Origin: Mobula hypostoma
Taxonomy: Eukaryota
Direction: 5' to 3'
NCBI RefSeq assembly: GCF_963921235.1
Contig: NC_086109.1
Coordinates: 25,172,001-25,236,000, forward strand
Length of the DNA: 64,000 bases
The notes beneath the pieces are model-generated. The model saw only the letters and a list, made by a program, of their open reading frames with translations. It was not told where the DNA came from and did not search any database. The translations under genes were made by a program, and so were the position numbers. This document shows positions 24,119 through 36,984 of this stretch, one piece after another (within the stretch, counting starts at the first letter, position 1; every line of letters begins with the position of its first letter).

Positions 24119-27100
24119 CAGGGGTACCCGACCTTTTTTTAAAAAAAAATTGAGGAACCCGTAAGACATTGGAACAGAATTAGGCCATTTGGCCCATCGA
24201 GTCTGTTCTGCCATTCAATCACTACTGATCCTTTCTTCCCATTCCCAGCCTCACTTCCTGGCCTTCTCCCCGTAATCACTGATACCGTGGCCTATCAAGA
24301 ACCTATCAATTTCTGCCTTAAATACATCCAACAACCAAGCCTCCATAGCTGCCTGTGATGACAAATTCCACAAATTCACCACTCTGGCTAAAGAAATTTC
24401 TCCACATCTGTTTTAAATGGACGCCCCTCTATTCTGAGGTTATGCCCTCTTGTCCTAGGCTCCCCTACTATGGCAAATATCCTTTCTACATCTACTTTGT
24501 CTAGGCCTTTCAGCATTCTAAAGATTTCAATGAGATCCCCCTCCTCCTTTTAAATTCCAGGGAGTATGGACCCAGGGCCATCAAACGTTGCTGATATGAT
24601 AACCCTTTCATTCTCTGAATCATCCTTGCAAACCTCCTCTGAATCCTCTCCAACGCCAGCACATCTTTGTTCAGATGACATGACCAAAACTGTACACAGC
24701 ACCTTCCTCACCACTGACTCAAACTGCAAGTTAACCTTTAGGATGTTCGGCACAAAGATTCCCAAGTCCCTTTGCATCTCAGATTCTTGAATTTTCTCCC
24801 CAATTAGGAAAAGGTCTGCACATTTATTTCTACCAAAGTGCATGACCATGCATTTTCCAACACTGTATTTAATTTGCCACTTTCCTGCCCCATCTCCTAA
24901 TCGGTCTAAATCCTTCTGCAGTCTTCCTGTTTGCTCAACACCTCCTGGCCCTGCACTAATCACCTGTAAACTTAGCAACAAAGCCATCTATATAATCCAT
25001 CGTCTAAATCTTATACAGCATATACACCGACCTCTGCGGAACACCACTAGTCTCTGGCAGCCATCCTGAAAACGATCCTTTTATTCTTACTCGCTGCCTC
25101 TTACCAATCAGCCAATTCTTTAACCATGCCAGTAACTTATCTGTAATACTATGGGCTCTTAACCTGGTAAGCAACCTGTGTGGCACCTTGTTAAGGGCCT
25201 TCTGAAAGACCAAATATACAATATCCACAGCATCCCCTTTATCTATCCTACTTGTAATCTCCTCAAAGAATTCCAACAGATTCCTCAGGCAAGATTTTCT
25301 CTACAGAAAGCCATACGGACTTTGTCCTACCCTGTCCTGTCACCAAGTGCTCCATAACCTCATCCTTAACAATTGACTCCAACACCTTCCAACCACTGCA
25401 GTCAGGCTAACTGGTCTATAATTTCCTTTCTGCTACCTTTCTCCTTTCTAAAAGAGTGGAGTGACATTTGTAATTTTCCAGTCCTCTGGCACCATGCCAG
25501 ATTCCAATGATTTTTGAAAGATCATTACTAATGCCTCCATAATCTCTACCACTACCTCTTTTAGAACCCAAGTATCCAGTTCATCTGGTTCAGGTGACCT
25601 GTGTACGTTTAGGTCCTTCAGCTTTTTGAGCACCTTCTCCATTGTAATAGTAACTGCACTCACTTCTCTTCCCTCACACCCTTAAATATCTGGCTTCCAC
25701 AGTGAAGACTGACGCAAAATACTCATTTAGTTCCTCTGCCATCCCCTTGCACCCCACTAATTATTTCTCCAGCCTCATTTTCTAGTGATACTATATCCAC
25801 TCTCATCTCTTATTTTTTTTAGTATACTTAAAAAAAAGCTTTTTATTATCCACTTTGATATTGTTTGCTTGGTTTTTTACATTAGCTTTTATTTCCCTTG
25901 TCAGCCACAGTTGTACTATTTTGCTATTCGAGTGTTTCTTCATTTTTGGAATACATCTAACCTGCACGTTCCTCATTTTTCCTAGAAACTCATGCCATTG
26001 TTGCTCTGCTGCCATCCCTGCCAGCAACTCCTTCCAATTTACTTTAGCCAACTTCTCTCTCATACCACTGTAATTTCTCCTAGCTGCACCGAAATACTGC
26101 TACTTTACGTTCTCCCCATCAAATCTCAAGTTGAGCTCAATCACATTGTGATCACCGCCTCCTAATGGTTCTTTTACCTCAGATTCCCTAATTGCCTCCA
26201 GTTCATTACATAACACCTAACCCAGTATAGCTGATCCCCTCGCAGGCTCAATGACAAACTGCTCTAAAAAGTCATCTCGTAGACATTCAACAAATTCACT
26301 CTCTTGAGATCCATTAGCGACCTGATTATCCCAATCCACCTGCATGTTAAAATCTCCCATGACTGTAATATTGCCCTTTTGACATGCCTTTTCTATTTCC
26401 CATAGTAATTTGTGGTCCACATCCCAGCTACTGTTGGGAGGCCTGTATACAACTGCCATCAGGGCCTTTTACCCTTGCAGTTTCTTAACTCAACCCACAA
26501 GAACTCTACATCTTCCGATGTTACGTCACATCATCCTACTGATTTGATGGCATTTTTTTTAACCAGCAGAGTTAAGCTGATCCTCTGTCTTCCTTCCTAT
26601 CCCTCTGATACAACGTGTAACCTTGAACATTCAGCCCCCAACTACAACCATCCTTCAGCCATGATTCAGAGATGGCCACATCATCATACCTGACTATCTG
26701 TAATAGCGTAACAAGATCATCCACCTAATTTCTTATACTCTGTGCAATGGGATATAACACTAAGTACTGTATTTGCTACTCTTTTTGATTCTGCATCCCT
26801 AATGCACTGATACTCACCCTGCCAGTTGCAATTTAGTCCCATCATGTAACCTGCTCTTCCTGACAGTCTGATTAGCGCCATCTTTACTTTTATTACCATC
26901 CGTCCTATCCAGAGGATCTTTGCTCCAGTTCCCACACCCCTGCCAAATTAGGTTAAACCCTCCCAACAGCTCTAATAAACCTGTCCACGAGAATACTGGT
27001 CCCCCTCGGGTTCAGGTGCAACCCGTCACTTTTGTACAGGTCATGCCTTCCCCAGAAGAGATTCCAATGATCTAAGAACTCCTACCATTAACCAAGGGAT

Positions 27101-27127
27101 CTATGGACGCTAGTTTGGGAACCTCTG
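24119..27127. mobile_element. About 80-bp hAT-type MITE split in two (24119-24160 and about 27076-27127) by a CR1 insertion
   Basis: CAGGGGTACCCGACC left end and TTTGGGAACCTCTG right end; the joined halves align to the reverse complement of the intact MITE at 31792-31870. Confidence 0.7.
24161..27075 (-). mobile_element. CR1 LINE (ORF1 end, EN, RT, 3'UTR), decayed
   Basis: YRPPNSS, MGDFNMQVDW, VPEDWK, FQKALNKVPH and SGVPQ segments in minus-strand ORFs. Confidence 0.9.
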
Positions 27128-27547
27128 AACTAGATGAGCAAGCCACAGAACTTACCCACGGGTTCACTGTGCCAGTATTTGGATCTTGTAGAAGACATAT
27201 ATCTGTTTCAAAAATCAATGCAAGAATGGATACCCATCAGGTAGATACCTCTAATGCTGAAAAAATAAAGCATTAGAACATGTTGATACTGCACCCAACC
27301 TTAAAAGGATTGCGGTGGCTGAAGGAACATGACAAGAGAAAAGACACTACTCTAAGGCAATGATATACAGTATGAGCAATCCTGTAAGAGACTAGTATCC
27401 TAGTTAGGTCTTATTTAGAAATGTTGTGCCTGATTTTGAACCCTTCACATAATGTTTGCTTCCCTCACCCCACAGGTCAAAATTGAAAGAAAAGCCAGAA
27501 GAATAATCGTTCTTATGGGGGGGGGGGGCAGGGGTTTAAAGAAAGGA

Positions 27548-27745
27548 ATGCTATTACAGCATCAGCGACCCGGGTTCAATTCCATTACTGTACGTAGTTA
27601 GTATGTTCTCCCCCTGACTTCATGGGTTTCCTCTGGGTGCTCCCATTTCCTCCTACATTCCAAAAACAAAGCAGGATAGTAGGTGTAATAGGGTGGCCGA
27701 GGCTTGTGGGCAGGAAGGGAATATTATTGTGCTGTATTTCTAAAT
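27548..27745 (+). mobile_element. tRNA-derived V-SINE
   Basis: B box GGTTCAATTCC near 27572; V-domain GGGTTTCCTCTGGGTGCTCCCATTTCCTCC; CR1-like tail. Confidence 0.75.
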
Positions 27746-29285
27746 AAAAAATAAAGCAGATAAAATTGACACGTGAAAAGGAGGTATAACCGACACACAA
27801 AATGAAAATAGACAAAAACTTATAGATTAAAAGGTAAAGTTTTCTTTTAACATTTGTTAGTGATTTCCATTATTTCATAAGTGTTAAGGACTTCCAGGAA
27901 TGAAATCCTTTGATGTTACAAATATCACTATGCAGGGCATAGACTGAGCTATGGCGATGGAAGCATAGCGACAGTTGTGTGTTTCACATATTCAGCATCA
28001 CTATTGATGCAAATGATGCATTTTTTTCTATATTTCAATGTATGTGTGACAAATAAAACTAATTTTAAAGAGATCTTTAAATCTCTACTCTATCCCCATC
28101 TGGCACACAACAGGAAACAACTTGCCCTCTATGGAATCTGTCTACGCTTCTCAGTAAAGTAACCAGCATAATCAAAAACCCCACCCATTCCAACATTCTC
28201 TGTCCTCCTCTTTCCCATCAGGCTGAAAGCAAATTCCACCAGGGTTAAGGACAGCTTCTTATCAGACTCTTGTAGGATAAGGTGGACTCTCAGCCGCACA
28301 ATCTATCTTGTTATGGTCTTGCACTGCAGTTCTTTGGTAGCTTTCACACTTTATTCTGCATTGTTGTTGTTTTACCTTGTTGCATCACAATGTACCATTG
28401 TATGCGTATGTACCATTTGATATGCATAAGCAACATGCACAATAAGCCTTTCACTGTATTTTGGTACATGGTAACAATAATAAAATAATGCAAGAAATGA
28501 ATGTGCAGTGAATGAAAGCAAAGGGCCAGAGACCACAAGTGATAGGAAACAAAGGAGTCTGGAGTGCCAAGCCTTCACAGTTCCACCCAATACCATTAAT
28601 TCCAATGTTACATTATCTCCAAATAGGTTAGGGCAGTCTACATTATTGAAAAAGTGCAGTTTGAAAAATAAGCATGTTAAATGCACCTGTGTCTAGGTAT
28701 TTCCTATAAAACACTGAGCATTTCTAGGTGGTAAACACTCATTCCTAAATTGAACTCACCAAGCTTAAACATTCTTCTGCAGAGTGGAATTGAGCAAGAT
28801 TACCAAATCCAGGAATTTTCTCCAATGTTAATATCCACAGAAGAGAGCATACTTATTCCACACGTACTGTGGTTTCATTCATGATGGCACACAGATTGTC
28901 ACAGCCCTGGAATAATCGCCAATTTGAGAAGTTTGATGGCTACCTCGGGAAAATCTTCTTTAACCAGAGGAATGTTGAAACATGAGGCAAGTTGTGTTCA
29001 CCCTTGAAAAGTGTTACGATAATTCTAACCCTGTACAAGATGTCTGACGTGGTGACTCAAGTAGAAGGAACAGAAAGTTCCAGATGCATGATAAGTGGTC
29101 GAGATGAAGTGGTTTGGCTGTGGTTGAGGACAAAGCGAGCATTGTATTGGGCCTCAGGGCCAAGGAGATAAATGTGAAAGGAAGACAAAGAGATACACTA
29201 TTACCAAAAACAGCGTGGGTTGCCCATCACTAATTCTGCAACATTACTGCAGCTTGTAGATGCCAGGTTTAGGCTCTGATAAATA

Positions 29286-29586
29286 TGAGGGGTGATTGAT
29301 AAGTTTGTGGTCTAAGGTAGAAGGAATCAATTTTAGAAAACGTAGCACATTTATTTTTCAACATAGTCCCCTCCTATATTTACACATTTAGTCCAGCGGT
29401 CGTGGAGCATGCAGATCCCTTCTTTGTAGAAGTCGGCATCTTGGACCTCCAGAAAGTGGTCCACAGCAGGGGTGATTGATAAGTTTGTGGTCTAAGGTAG
29501 AAGGAGATGAGTTATACAGCTCTCGTTACATGCATGTGCAGTTCAACTCTGAGTGACTGTGCAGAAAGTTTGAAGTTAGTAACTCA
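29286..29586 (-). mobile_element. Mariner-derived non-autonomous element with a directly repeated TIR
   Basis: TA-TGAGGGG end; identical 38-bp repeat at 29288-29325 and 29468-29505; the minus strand between them encodes a mariner C-terminus DFYKEGICMLHDRWTKCVNIGGDYVEK*. Confidence 0.85.
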
Positions 29587-29589
29587 AAC

Positions 29590-30210
29590 CAGCTAGACCC
29601 AGGACAGATCCCCTGAAATGATATCACAGAGGAATTTAAAGTTGCTGACCCTCTCTATCAGGGGTAGGCAACCTTAAGCACAAATGATTTTCTAGCATGT
29701 GTTATTCATTAATTTGAGGTAAAACATAACTAGATGTATCTAAATGGATAATTCCTATATTTCAAGTTCTTTTTGGGCATTTATCTGGCCCACCGTCCGC
29801 TCATTAATACGCAATCTGGCCCACAGAGGCAAAAAGGTTGCCGACCCCTGCTCTCCACCTTTGAATCACTGATGAGGACTAGCTCATGGCTATCTAGTTT
29901 ACCCCTCCTGAAGTCAATAACTAGCTCCTTAGTCTTGCTAACATTGCCTGAAAGGTTGTTGCTGTGACACCAGACTTAAAATCGCCCTATGTCCTGATTC
30001 AGCGCCTCTTTTGATTTGGGCAACCAACAGTGGTGTTGTTAGCAAACTTGAATATGGCACTGGAGCTGCACTGAGCCTCACAGTCACACATTTAAAGTGG
30101 GTAGAGCAGGGGGCTAAGCACACAGCCTTGTGATGCACCTGCGCTGAGGGAGATTGTGGAGATGTTCTTGCTAATCCGAACTGACTGGGGTCTGCTCGTG
30201 AGGAAGTGCC
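29590..30210 (-). mobile_element. Rex/Babar RT fragment
   Basis: QGCVLSPLL-like, FKFANNTTVV and KTKELVIDFR segments on the minus strand. Confidence 0.7.
29659..29850. mobile_element. hAT (Charlie-like) MITE
   Basis: TIRs CAGGGGTAGGCAACCT / AGGTTGCCGACCCCTG; imperfect 8-bp TSD CTCTCTAT / CTCTCCAC. Confidence 0.85.
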
Positions 30211-31090
30211 AACAAGGGAGGAGTCAAGATGGACAAGGAGTACCGAAGACAGGTGGAAGTGTATCCAGCATGAGGCGAAGGCTCATTGCCAAAGAAATGG
30301 GCACAGAATTCTTTGAGATGGGTGCCTGGACAGGGATGGACAAAACAGAGGCATCTACTCAGGACTGATCATTCAGGAACAGAGAGGAGGAAAATCATAA
30401 GGATTAGTGAAAATATGACAAGGTAGGCTTGAGGAAGATATGGAGTCTGAGGAAAGCGACAAGGTAGAAAGATCCAGAGGGATGTTGGAATGCAAGAGCA
30501 GCTAGAGTTTATGATCTTTGATGTCTTACAGAAGGAGAAAAGTAGACCACTGCAGTACTGAATATGACAATTTAAGGAAAATTGTTTTTGAATTTGAGTA
30601 GCACGTACTAAATGCCGGAGCAACCCAGCAGGTCAGGCAGCATATATAAGAAGGAATAAACAGTCAATGTCTTGGCCCAAAATGTTGACTGTTTATTCCT
30701 CTCAATAAATGCTGCCCGATCTGTTGAGCTCCTCCAGCATTCCATGTGATTTCTGGCATCTGCAGAATCTCATATTTGTAAGTTTTAAACTTAAGTGTTG
30801 TTGTTGGAGAGAGGTCAAATTACGCATACACTAATGCACGGCACAGAGCATGGATCTAAGCATGCAAAGAGATCAAGACCGTGAGAGATTCTTAATAGTT
30901 CAAACACAGCAGCAATCCTGGGTGGGAAGTGGGAAGGACAGGGTTTCAGTTGGAATCCATATGGGAAGAGTTGAATCCGGAGACACTTGCTAAGGAAAGA
31001 CATGGCAATGTAATCAGTTTTGGTCAACAACATAAAGACAGGAAGAAAACCAGAAACCTCGAGGGTGAACAAAGTGGCAATTTGGATGAG
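30210..31090 (-). pseudogene. Penelope-like element ORF N-terminal remnant
   Basis: Minus strand SFLSKCLRIQLFPYGFQL and a degenerate GLxFxP-like segment near 30330-30355, resembling vertebrate PLE N-termini (recognised from memory). Confidence 0.5.
30600..30778. repeat. Fold-back (palindromic) copy of the hammerhead-bearing short element, old
   Basis: Imperfect inverted arms centred on GGCC at 30674-30677 (CAGTCAATGTCTT GGCC CAAAATGTTGACTG). Confidence 0.8.
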
Positions 31091-31099
31091 AATCGAGGT

Positions 31100-31965
31100 G
31101 ACATAATGAGAAAGCTTGCAAGGAAGATGAGGAGATCAAAATTGATGGTAGACAGTGAAGAAAGTTGTCCAATGTTACAACAAGATTTAGATCAACTGGA
31201 AAAAGTGGACAAAGAATTGGTAAAGGAAAATTAACTTGCCTCAGTGCAAAGTGATGCCTATTGAGAAACTATTGAGGAAAAGACGTACATAGAGAATGGT
31301 GAAGACTTGCTTTCAATGGCCAGGGCAGTAAATACAAAAGTTGGAACATCATGTTACGGTTGTACAAGATGTTGGTGAGATTCCACTGAGTTGCAGTTCT
31401 GGTTACCTAGCTACAAGGAAGGATGGCATTAACCTAGAATGGGTAGAAGCGATTCACAAGGACATCAGGACTGCAGGGCTTGAGTTACAGGAGAGACTGC
31501 AGAGGATGGGACTGTTTTCTCTAGAGTAAAGGAGGCTGAGATATGACCTAAGAGATTGATAAAATCATAAAGGGTGAAGATAAATGGATGGTTGCAGGCT
31601 TCTTCCCCAGGGTAGGGGGAAGAGTAAAAGTACAGGGCATAGGTTTAAAATGAGAGGATAAAGATTTAAAAGAGGGGCAGGTTTCTCCAGAGGGTGGTGG
31701 GATATGAAATGAGCTGTCACTCGCAGAAGTGGATGCCATTACAAATGCTTTTAAGTTATTTGGATATGTACGTGGTAAGAAAGATTTAGATCAGGGGTTC
31801 CCATCCCGGGGTCCATGGACCCCTCTGTTAATGATAGCGATCCATAGCATAAAAAGGTTGGGATCCCCTAGCTTAGTGGGATATGGGCCATGCACAGGCA
31901 TATGGAGCAGGATCATGCAGTTGATTAGGTCAAAGTTTTGTTCCAGTGCTGTATAACTCAATGAT
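31100..31965 (+). mobile_element. Old CR1 3' remnant
   Basis: LQQDLDQLEK and ERLQRMGLFSLE segments. Confidence 0.7.
31792..31870. mobile_element. About 80-bp hAT-type MITE
   Basis: CAGGGGTTCCCA...TGGGATCCCCTA ends; internal palindrome GGGGTCCATGGACCCC. Confidence 0.75.
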
Positions 31966-34134
31966 TATAAAGATAAGACAGACAGTTGGAAATCATGTCA
32001 GAGAGACTGTTTCTTCAGGTTCCTGGAAGACAAGTGACAGTAAATTCAGTAAGTGAATAAAAATAAAACTAGAGGCTAGAAAAAAAATGCACTTAACTGA
32101 ATCTAGTATTCCATTTGGAAATTAATGTAACACTGTAATCTGATCACAATTCAAAAGCTAGTGCCAGAATGTAATTACTCTGCAGGTAACAAAATAAAAT
32201 TAATGGCATTACTGCTGGAGCTAGCAACCGTCCACAAAAGAGTTAATGGAAAACCACAAAATGGTTTTAAGCACCGGAGGCTGCCACTTGGCACAATGCA
32301 TCTGCACCAGCTCTCTACCAGGGTGCCTCACTAGTTCCAACCCCATGGATCTTTCCCGGCAGCCTTGCAACTTTTCAACTTCCTTCTATTAAACCTTCCT
32401 GCATCCTTCTCTTCTCTAAAGAAAGACTCAGCCTCTAAGCTAACCTTGTAAGTATAGGCCCCCAACCCGGAAAGCAGCCATTTAAATATTTTCTGGTCCA
32501 CCTTTATCAAATTCATTTCTTCCCTACAAGTCACAACTAGAAATGAACACAGTATTCCATTTGATTTCAGACCAGTGTTTTACAAAGATTCAGTGCATCT
32601 TCCCTGCTTTTATACTCTATGTCTCTACTCACAAGATCAAAGCTGCACATTGCTACTTTTTCATATCCACTGAACCAGTATATTTATGTCCCTAGTTTAA
32701 AAATGCTTATTGAGTAATACAGATTTATACTGAACAAATTAATATTGGATGACTTGCTAGCATCCCCCAATATATAATCCAGCTATTACAGAGCAACTTG
32801 GCAATCTTTTGCTTCAAAGACTGAAATCATCTTGGATTTACTGTATTGATTTTAACTTGCCACAACATGTCTTAATAATCAATTAGCACATTCACTACCC
32901 AGTTTGGATCTGAATCAGCTAAGTCAAGGAAGCTCTGATTTAAAACAACCAACTACAAAGATAGGAGGCATCGTTTTACAGGGGGGACAGAAAAATCTAG
33001 GATTCTTCACTGACCTGCTGAAACGTGGATAAGAGGAGGAGATGATCATGTTTTGTTGTGCCAACTAGTTTCCCTAGGACTCTCCCGTGGGGGGGGGGGG
33101 GGGGAGAGGAGCAGGAGGGTGGTGGATGGTGAAGGAGTGGAAGCAAGCAGGGAAGCAGAGAAGAATGATGATTTTGGGTGCGATCAGACTGTGGAATTCA
33201 GCTAATGAACTGTGCTGCTCCCACATCTATTCTCCTCACCCTACTCCCAGAATAGAGGAAAAACATTAAATGGAAATAGACCATTATGGAGCCCCTCTTT
33301 GATTTAAAGGTGAATCAGCACTGGAATAATTTATCAATAACAAAACCATTACTACAGTCTGAAAATACCCATCTTAAATTTTAAAACTAGAAATCAGCAT
33401 TTATTAATAGTTTGCATAAACAATGGTACTTCTAATGTAGTAGTATTTTATATTCCTACGATGGATTTGGTATAACACAATGAATCATGAAAGATATTAT
33501 CTAGGAAGATAATGCATGAATAAATTGGTTCAAGAAAGGGAAAGTTCTGTAGAGAAGGGGCCAGGAAAACTGTGGCACAGTAGAAAACAATGCTTTGTTA
33601 CATGCACACACAAAATTTAGTTCCAATCTATAATAGAGGGTATACAGAAAGCAAAAGCTATTATAGAGTCACTGATAAGGGTAAAAGAAAAGGAAAGAGA
33701 AACATAAGCTGACATCTGTATTCAAAATAAAGAGAAGTGAGATAGTACGAGGGAAGTTACAAAACATGGAGCCACAAAGTTCAGTCCAGAAATAAACTGC
33801 CTTGGACTCTATTATCAATCCTCTTCAAAACTACACTATCCAACACTTAAATGTCTTCTTAACCTATGTAACTAAATGATGCACTGCACTGCAATACTGA
33901 AAAATGCTAGCAATACATGGGATATCAGGCAGTACCTATAGTAAAAGCCCTTCATTAGAACAAGGAATTAGAGCAAGAAAAAAAGCATTTGAATTCTTGT
34001 GTAGAGAAAAGTTTGTCAGACTTTTGAGTGGAAAAAATGTCACACCTCTGTCCAAAGATAGGTTGAGCCCTTATTCTGAGAGTGGGTCCTGGATGTCAGG
34101 CCCTCAGCCAGCCAATTAAGTATTGGAAGAATTT

Positions 34135-34345
34135 TAGATTATGAGAACACTCAGTCCTCGTTTATTGTCATTTAGAAATGCATGCATGCATTAAGAAATG
34201 ATACAATGTTCCTCCAGAGTGATATCACACAAAAACAGGACAAACCAAAGACTAACACTGACAGAACCACATAATTATAACATATAGTTACAGCAGTGCA
34301 AAGCAATACCATAATTTGATAAAGAACAGACCATGGGCACGGTAA
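34135..34345 (-). mobile_element. 3' end of the non-autonomous retroposon seen at 58100-58755
   Basis: About 200 bp closely matching 58098-58305. Confidence 0.85.
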
Positions 34346-35561
34346 ATTTTCCAAGTTTTAATAAGACTTCCCCTTGACCTTTTAACCCAGGGAGAATAAA
34401 GGCATGGGCTACTCAATCTATCCTCACACAACAAACCTGCCAACATTCCACTGAATGGTTCCAATGAGAGAAATATGCACAATAGTCCAGATGCAGTTTC
34501 ATCAGGTTCAATATCACTGCAGTAAGGTGGAAGAGAGAAAACAAGTCTAGCATTATTAGGGAAATGCCAAAGTCCATTATTAAGGAAGTGATAACTGGCA
34601 CTTGGAAAATGGTATTGAATTGAGACAGCATGGACTTTGAAACATCAGGTTTGCTTCTTTCCAGTTTCTGCCCAACCTGCTAAGTATTTACAAAATTTCA
34701 CGACATATCAGTGATAATAAAACTGATTCAGATTAATTTTTATACAAAAGGAAATCACCATTAAAAAATATTAATCATTTTTGAGATTGCAGCCAACAAT
34801 AGATGAGGCACATAACATGCTACATGATGAATACGGACTTCCAAAAGGTCATGAACAGATTAATAAACTGATATGAAGACTGGTAGCCAAAGTCAATTTC
34901 TAAATGTACACGTCCTAAACCGAGGGGGGGGGGGGAGAGGAGAGATAAATGCTCTAACAATAAATCTATAGTATTATTGGAAATACACCAGTGAAATAAA
35001 GATTACATAATGGAGTAGAAACTGTTGGATTAAATGTGCATTTTCAGGTTGGGAAACTGAGCAATGAGGTGCCATAGTGATTGATGCTGGCCTGCAGAGG
35101 TTCATGATCTAAATCAATGAGTTAGATGAGGGATTTATGTGCAACATATCCAAGTTAATCAATGACAAATCAAGGTGGCAACATGGAAGCTTGCAGACAT
35201 CAAAGGGGCACAGATTGGTTAAATGAAAGGGTGAGGACTTGGCATATTGAACATGCTGCAGAAAAATGCAAGGGCATTCTCTTTTTCAAAAGCAGAAAAG
35301 CATTAAAAAATAATGCAAGACTGAAAGACTGATGTTTATAAGGGATCAGTGGATGTTAAAATACAGGTAAAGCAATCAGTTATAAAGGCAAACTGTATTA
35401 GTTTTTAAATCGCAACAGGAAGTGTACACAAGGGTGAAAATTTAATTATGCAAGGCCTTGGTGAGACCATACCCAGATTGATCTGTAGAGATCTGCTAAC
35501 ACTACCCAAAGACATACTTGCAATGGAGGGAATAAACGCTCACCAGATTGATTTTGAGAAT

Positions 35562-35876
35562 TATCATCATCATTATGTGCTGTGTCATATGATGTGTCGC
35601 ATGATCGTTCTTGGCAAATTTTTCTACAGAAGTAGCTTGCCATTGCCTTCTTCGGGGCAGTGTCTTTACAAGATGGGTGACACCAGCCATTATTAATACT
35701 CTGTAGAGATTTTCTGCCAGGAGTTAGTGGTCACATAACCAGGACTAGTGATATGTACCGGCTGCTCATAAGACCATCTACCTGCTCCCATGGCTTGAAG
35801 TGCCCAAGGGTGACCAGAGGGCAAAAGTGCCTTATGCCTGCTTTGGTAGAGACATATCTCCACCATGCCACCCAAC
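35562..35876 (-). mobile_element. RTE-related SINE
   Basis: Minus-strand GAAGGCAATGGCAAGCTACT motif (Bov-A/Sauria-like RTE signature), (GAT)n tail, TSD TGAGAAT (35555-35561 / 35877-35883). Confidence 0.65.
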
Positions 35877-36131
35877 TGAGAATGCTAGACATGTCAAATG
35901 GATCTCAGATAAAATAGACTGGCCAATAGTTTCACATTTAGAAGAACGAGAAGTGATCTAATACTTTAAAAAAAAATGTTGCAATGGATTTGGTAGATGT
36001 TGAATTGATGTCTCGCCTGGCTGGGGTTTCTGGAACTAGGGAATAAAGTGTCAAAATCTGGGGTTGGCCATTCAAGATAAAGTTAAAAAGATTTGTGTTT
36101 CTCATCCAGAGTAGCAAACCTTTAAAATTCT

Positions 36132-36546
36132 TGTTGGGAGAGATTTTTGGGTTTATGTCATAAACATTTACCAAATGACTTTGGCTACCAGTCTTCACAT
36201 TGTGGATTTAATATGGAGTGCAGCTCTGAACAATGGGTTCCTAAAAGTCATGAATCCCAGACCAGACAATGTCGAGTAAAATTCATTTGGATGTCTGCAG
36301 TGTGGATGTGAATGGGGAGGTGTGAAGGTTGTGTGTAGTTACAAAGAAAGCATTGTCCATATATTGTAAATATGGAGTAGTCCTTTGATGTTTGGCACAC
36401 AAAACATCGAGCCTCACTAAGGCCAGCCAGACCTTTCGACCAAAAGCGTCTCCGTATGATGCCTGCTGCACCTTGTTTGGCTGAATAAAGAAGCTGCTTT
36501 ATATCTACCAGTACTTTTCTCTGGTGACTTCATTCATGCAACAACA
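36132..36546 (+). mobile_element. Solo LTR, 415 bp
   Basis: TGTTG...CAACA termini, 5-bp TSD ATTCT (36127-36131 / 36547-36551), AATAAA near 36484. Confidence 0.85.
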
Positions 36547-36984
36547 ATTCTCTACCCAATATAGCAGCGTCAATAGACTGAGATGCCTTTAGGTATCAAG
36601 GGATATGAGGCATGATGCTGGAAACTGGGACCAAGTAGGGGCTTTACCCCTACTTCTAATTCTCTTTTACAAATCACTTTTCTGCTTTGAGAACATAACA
36701 ATATAGACCAATTTACAACCATGTCCTACTACTTGCATTACAATCCATAATGGCAGACAGGAGTGTGTAGCACCAAAATGGGACACCTTTTATGCAGAAG
36801 GAATAACCTCATTTTGCTCTTTCCAGATAGGTCCAAATATATAGCTGAAAATGGCATTCAAAAGTTAGTTGAATAGCAGAACGTAATTTGCCAAAGGATT
36901 TCCCCCTTCCCCCAGCTTGGCTACATTGTTTTTTATGCATTGCTTTTATATTTTTATTTCGCATGCATGAAATTTGAAAATATT

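Larger units (their letters stand above)
34780..36660 (+). mobile_element. Old CR1 RT/3' remnant hosting two younger insertions
   Basis: Degenerate DFQK, INELDEG and ALVRP segments; the CR1 3'UTR resumes after the solo LTR. Confidence 0.6.
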
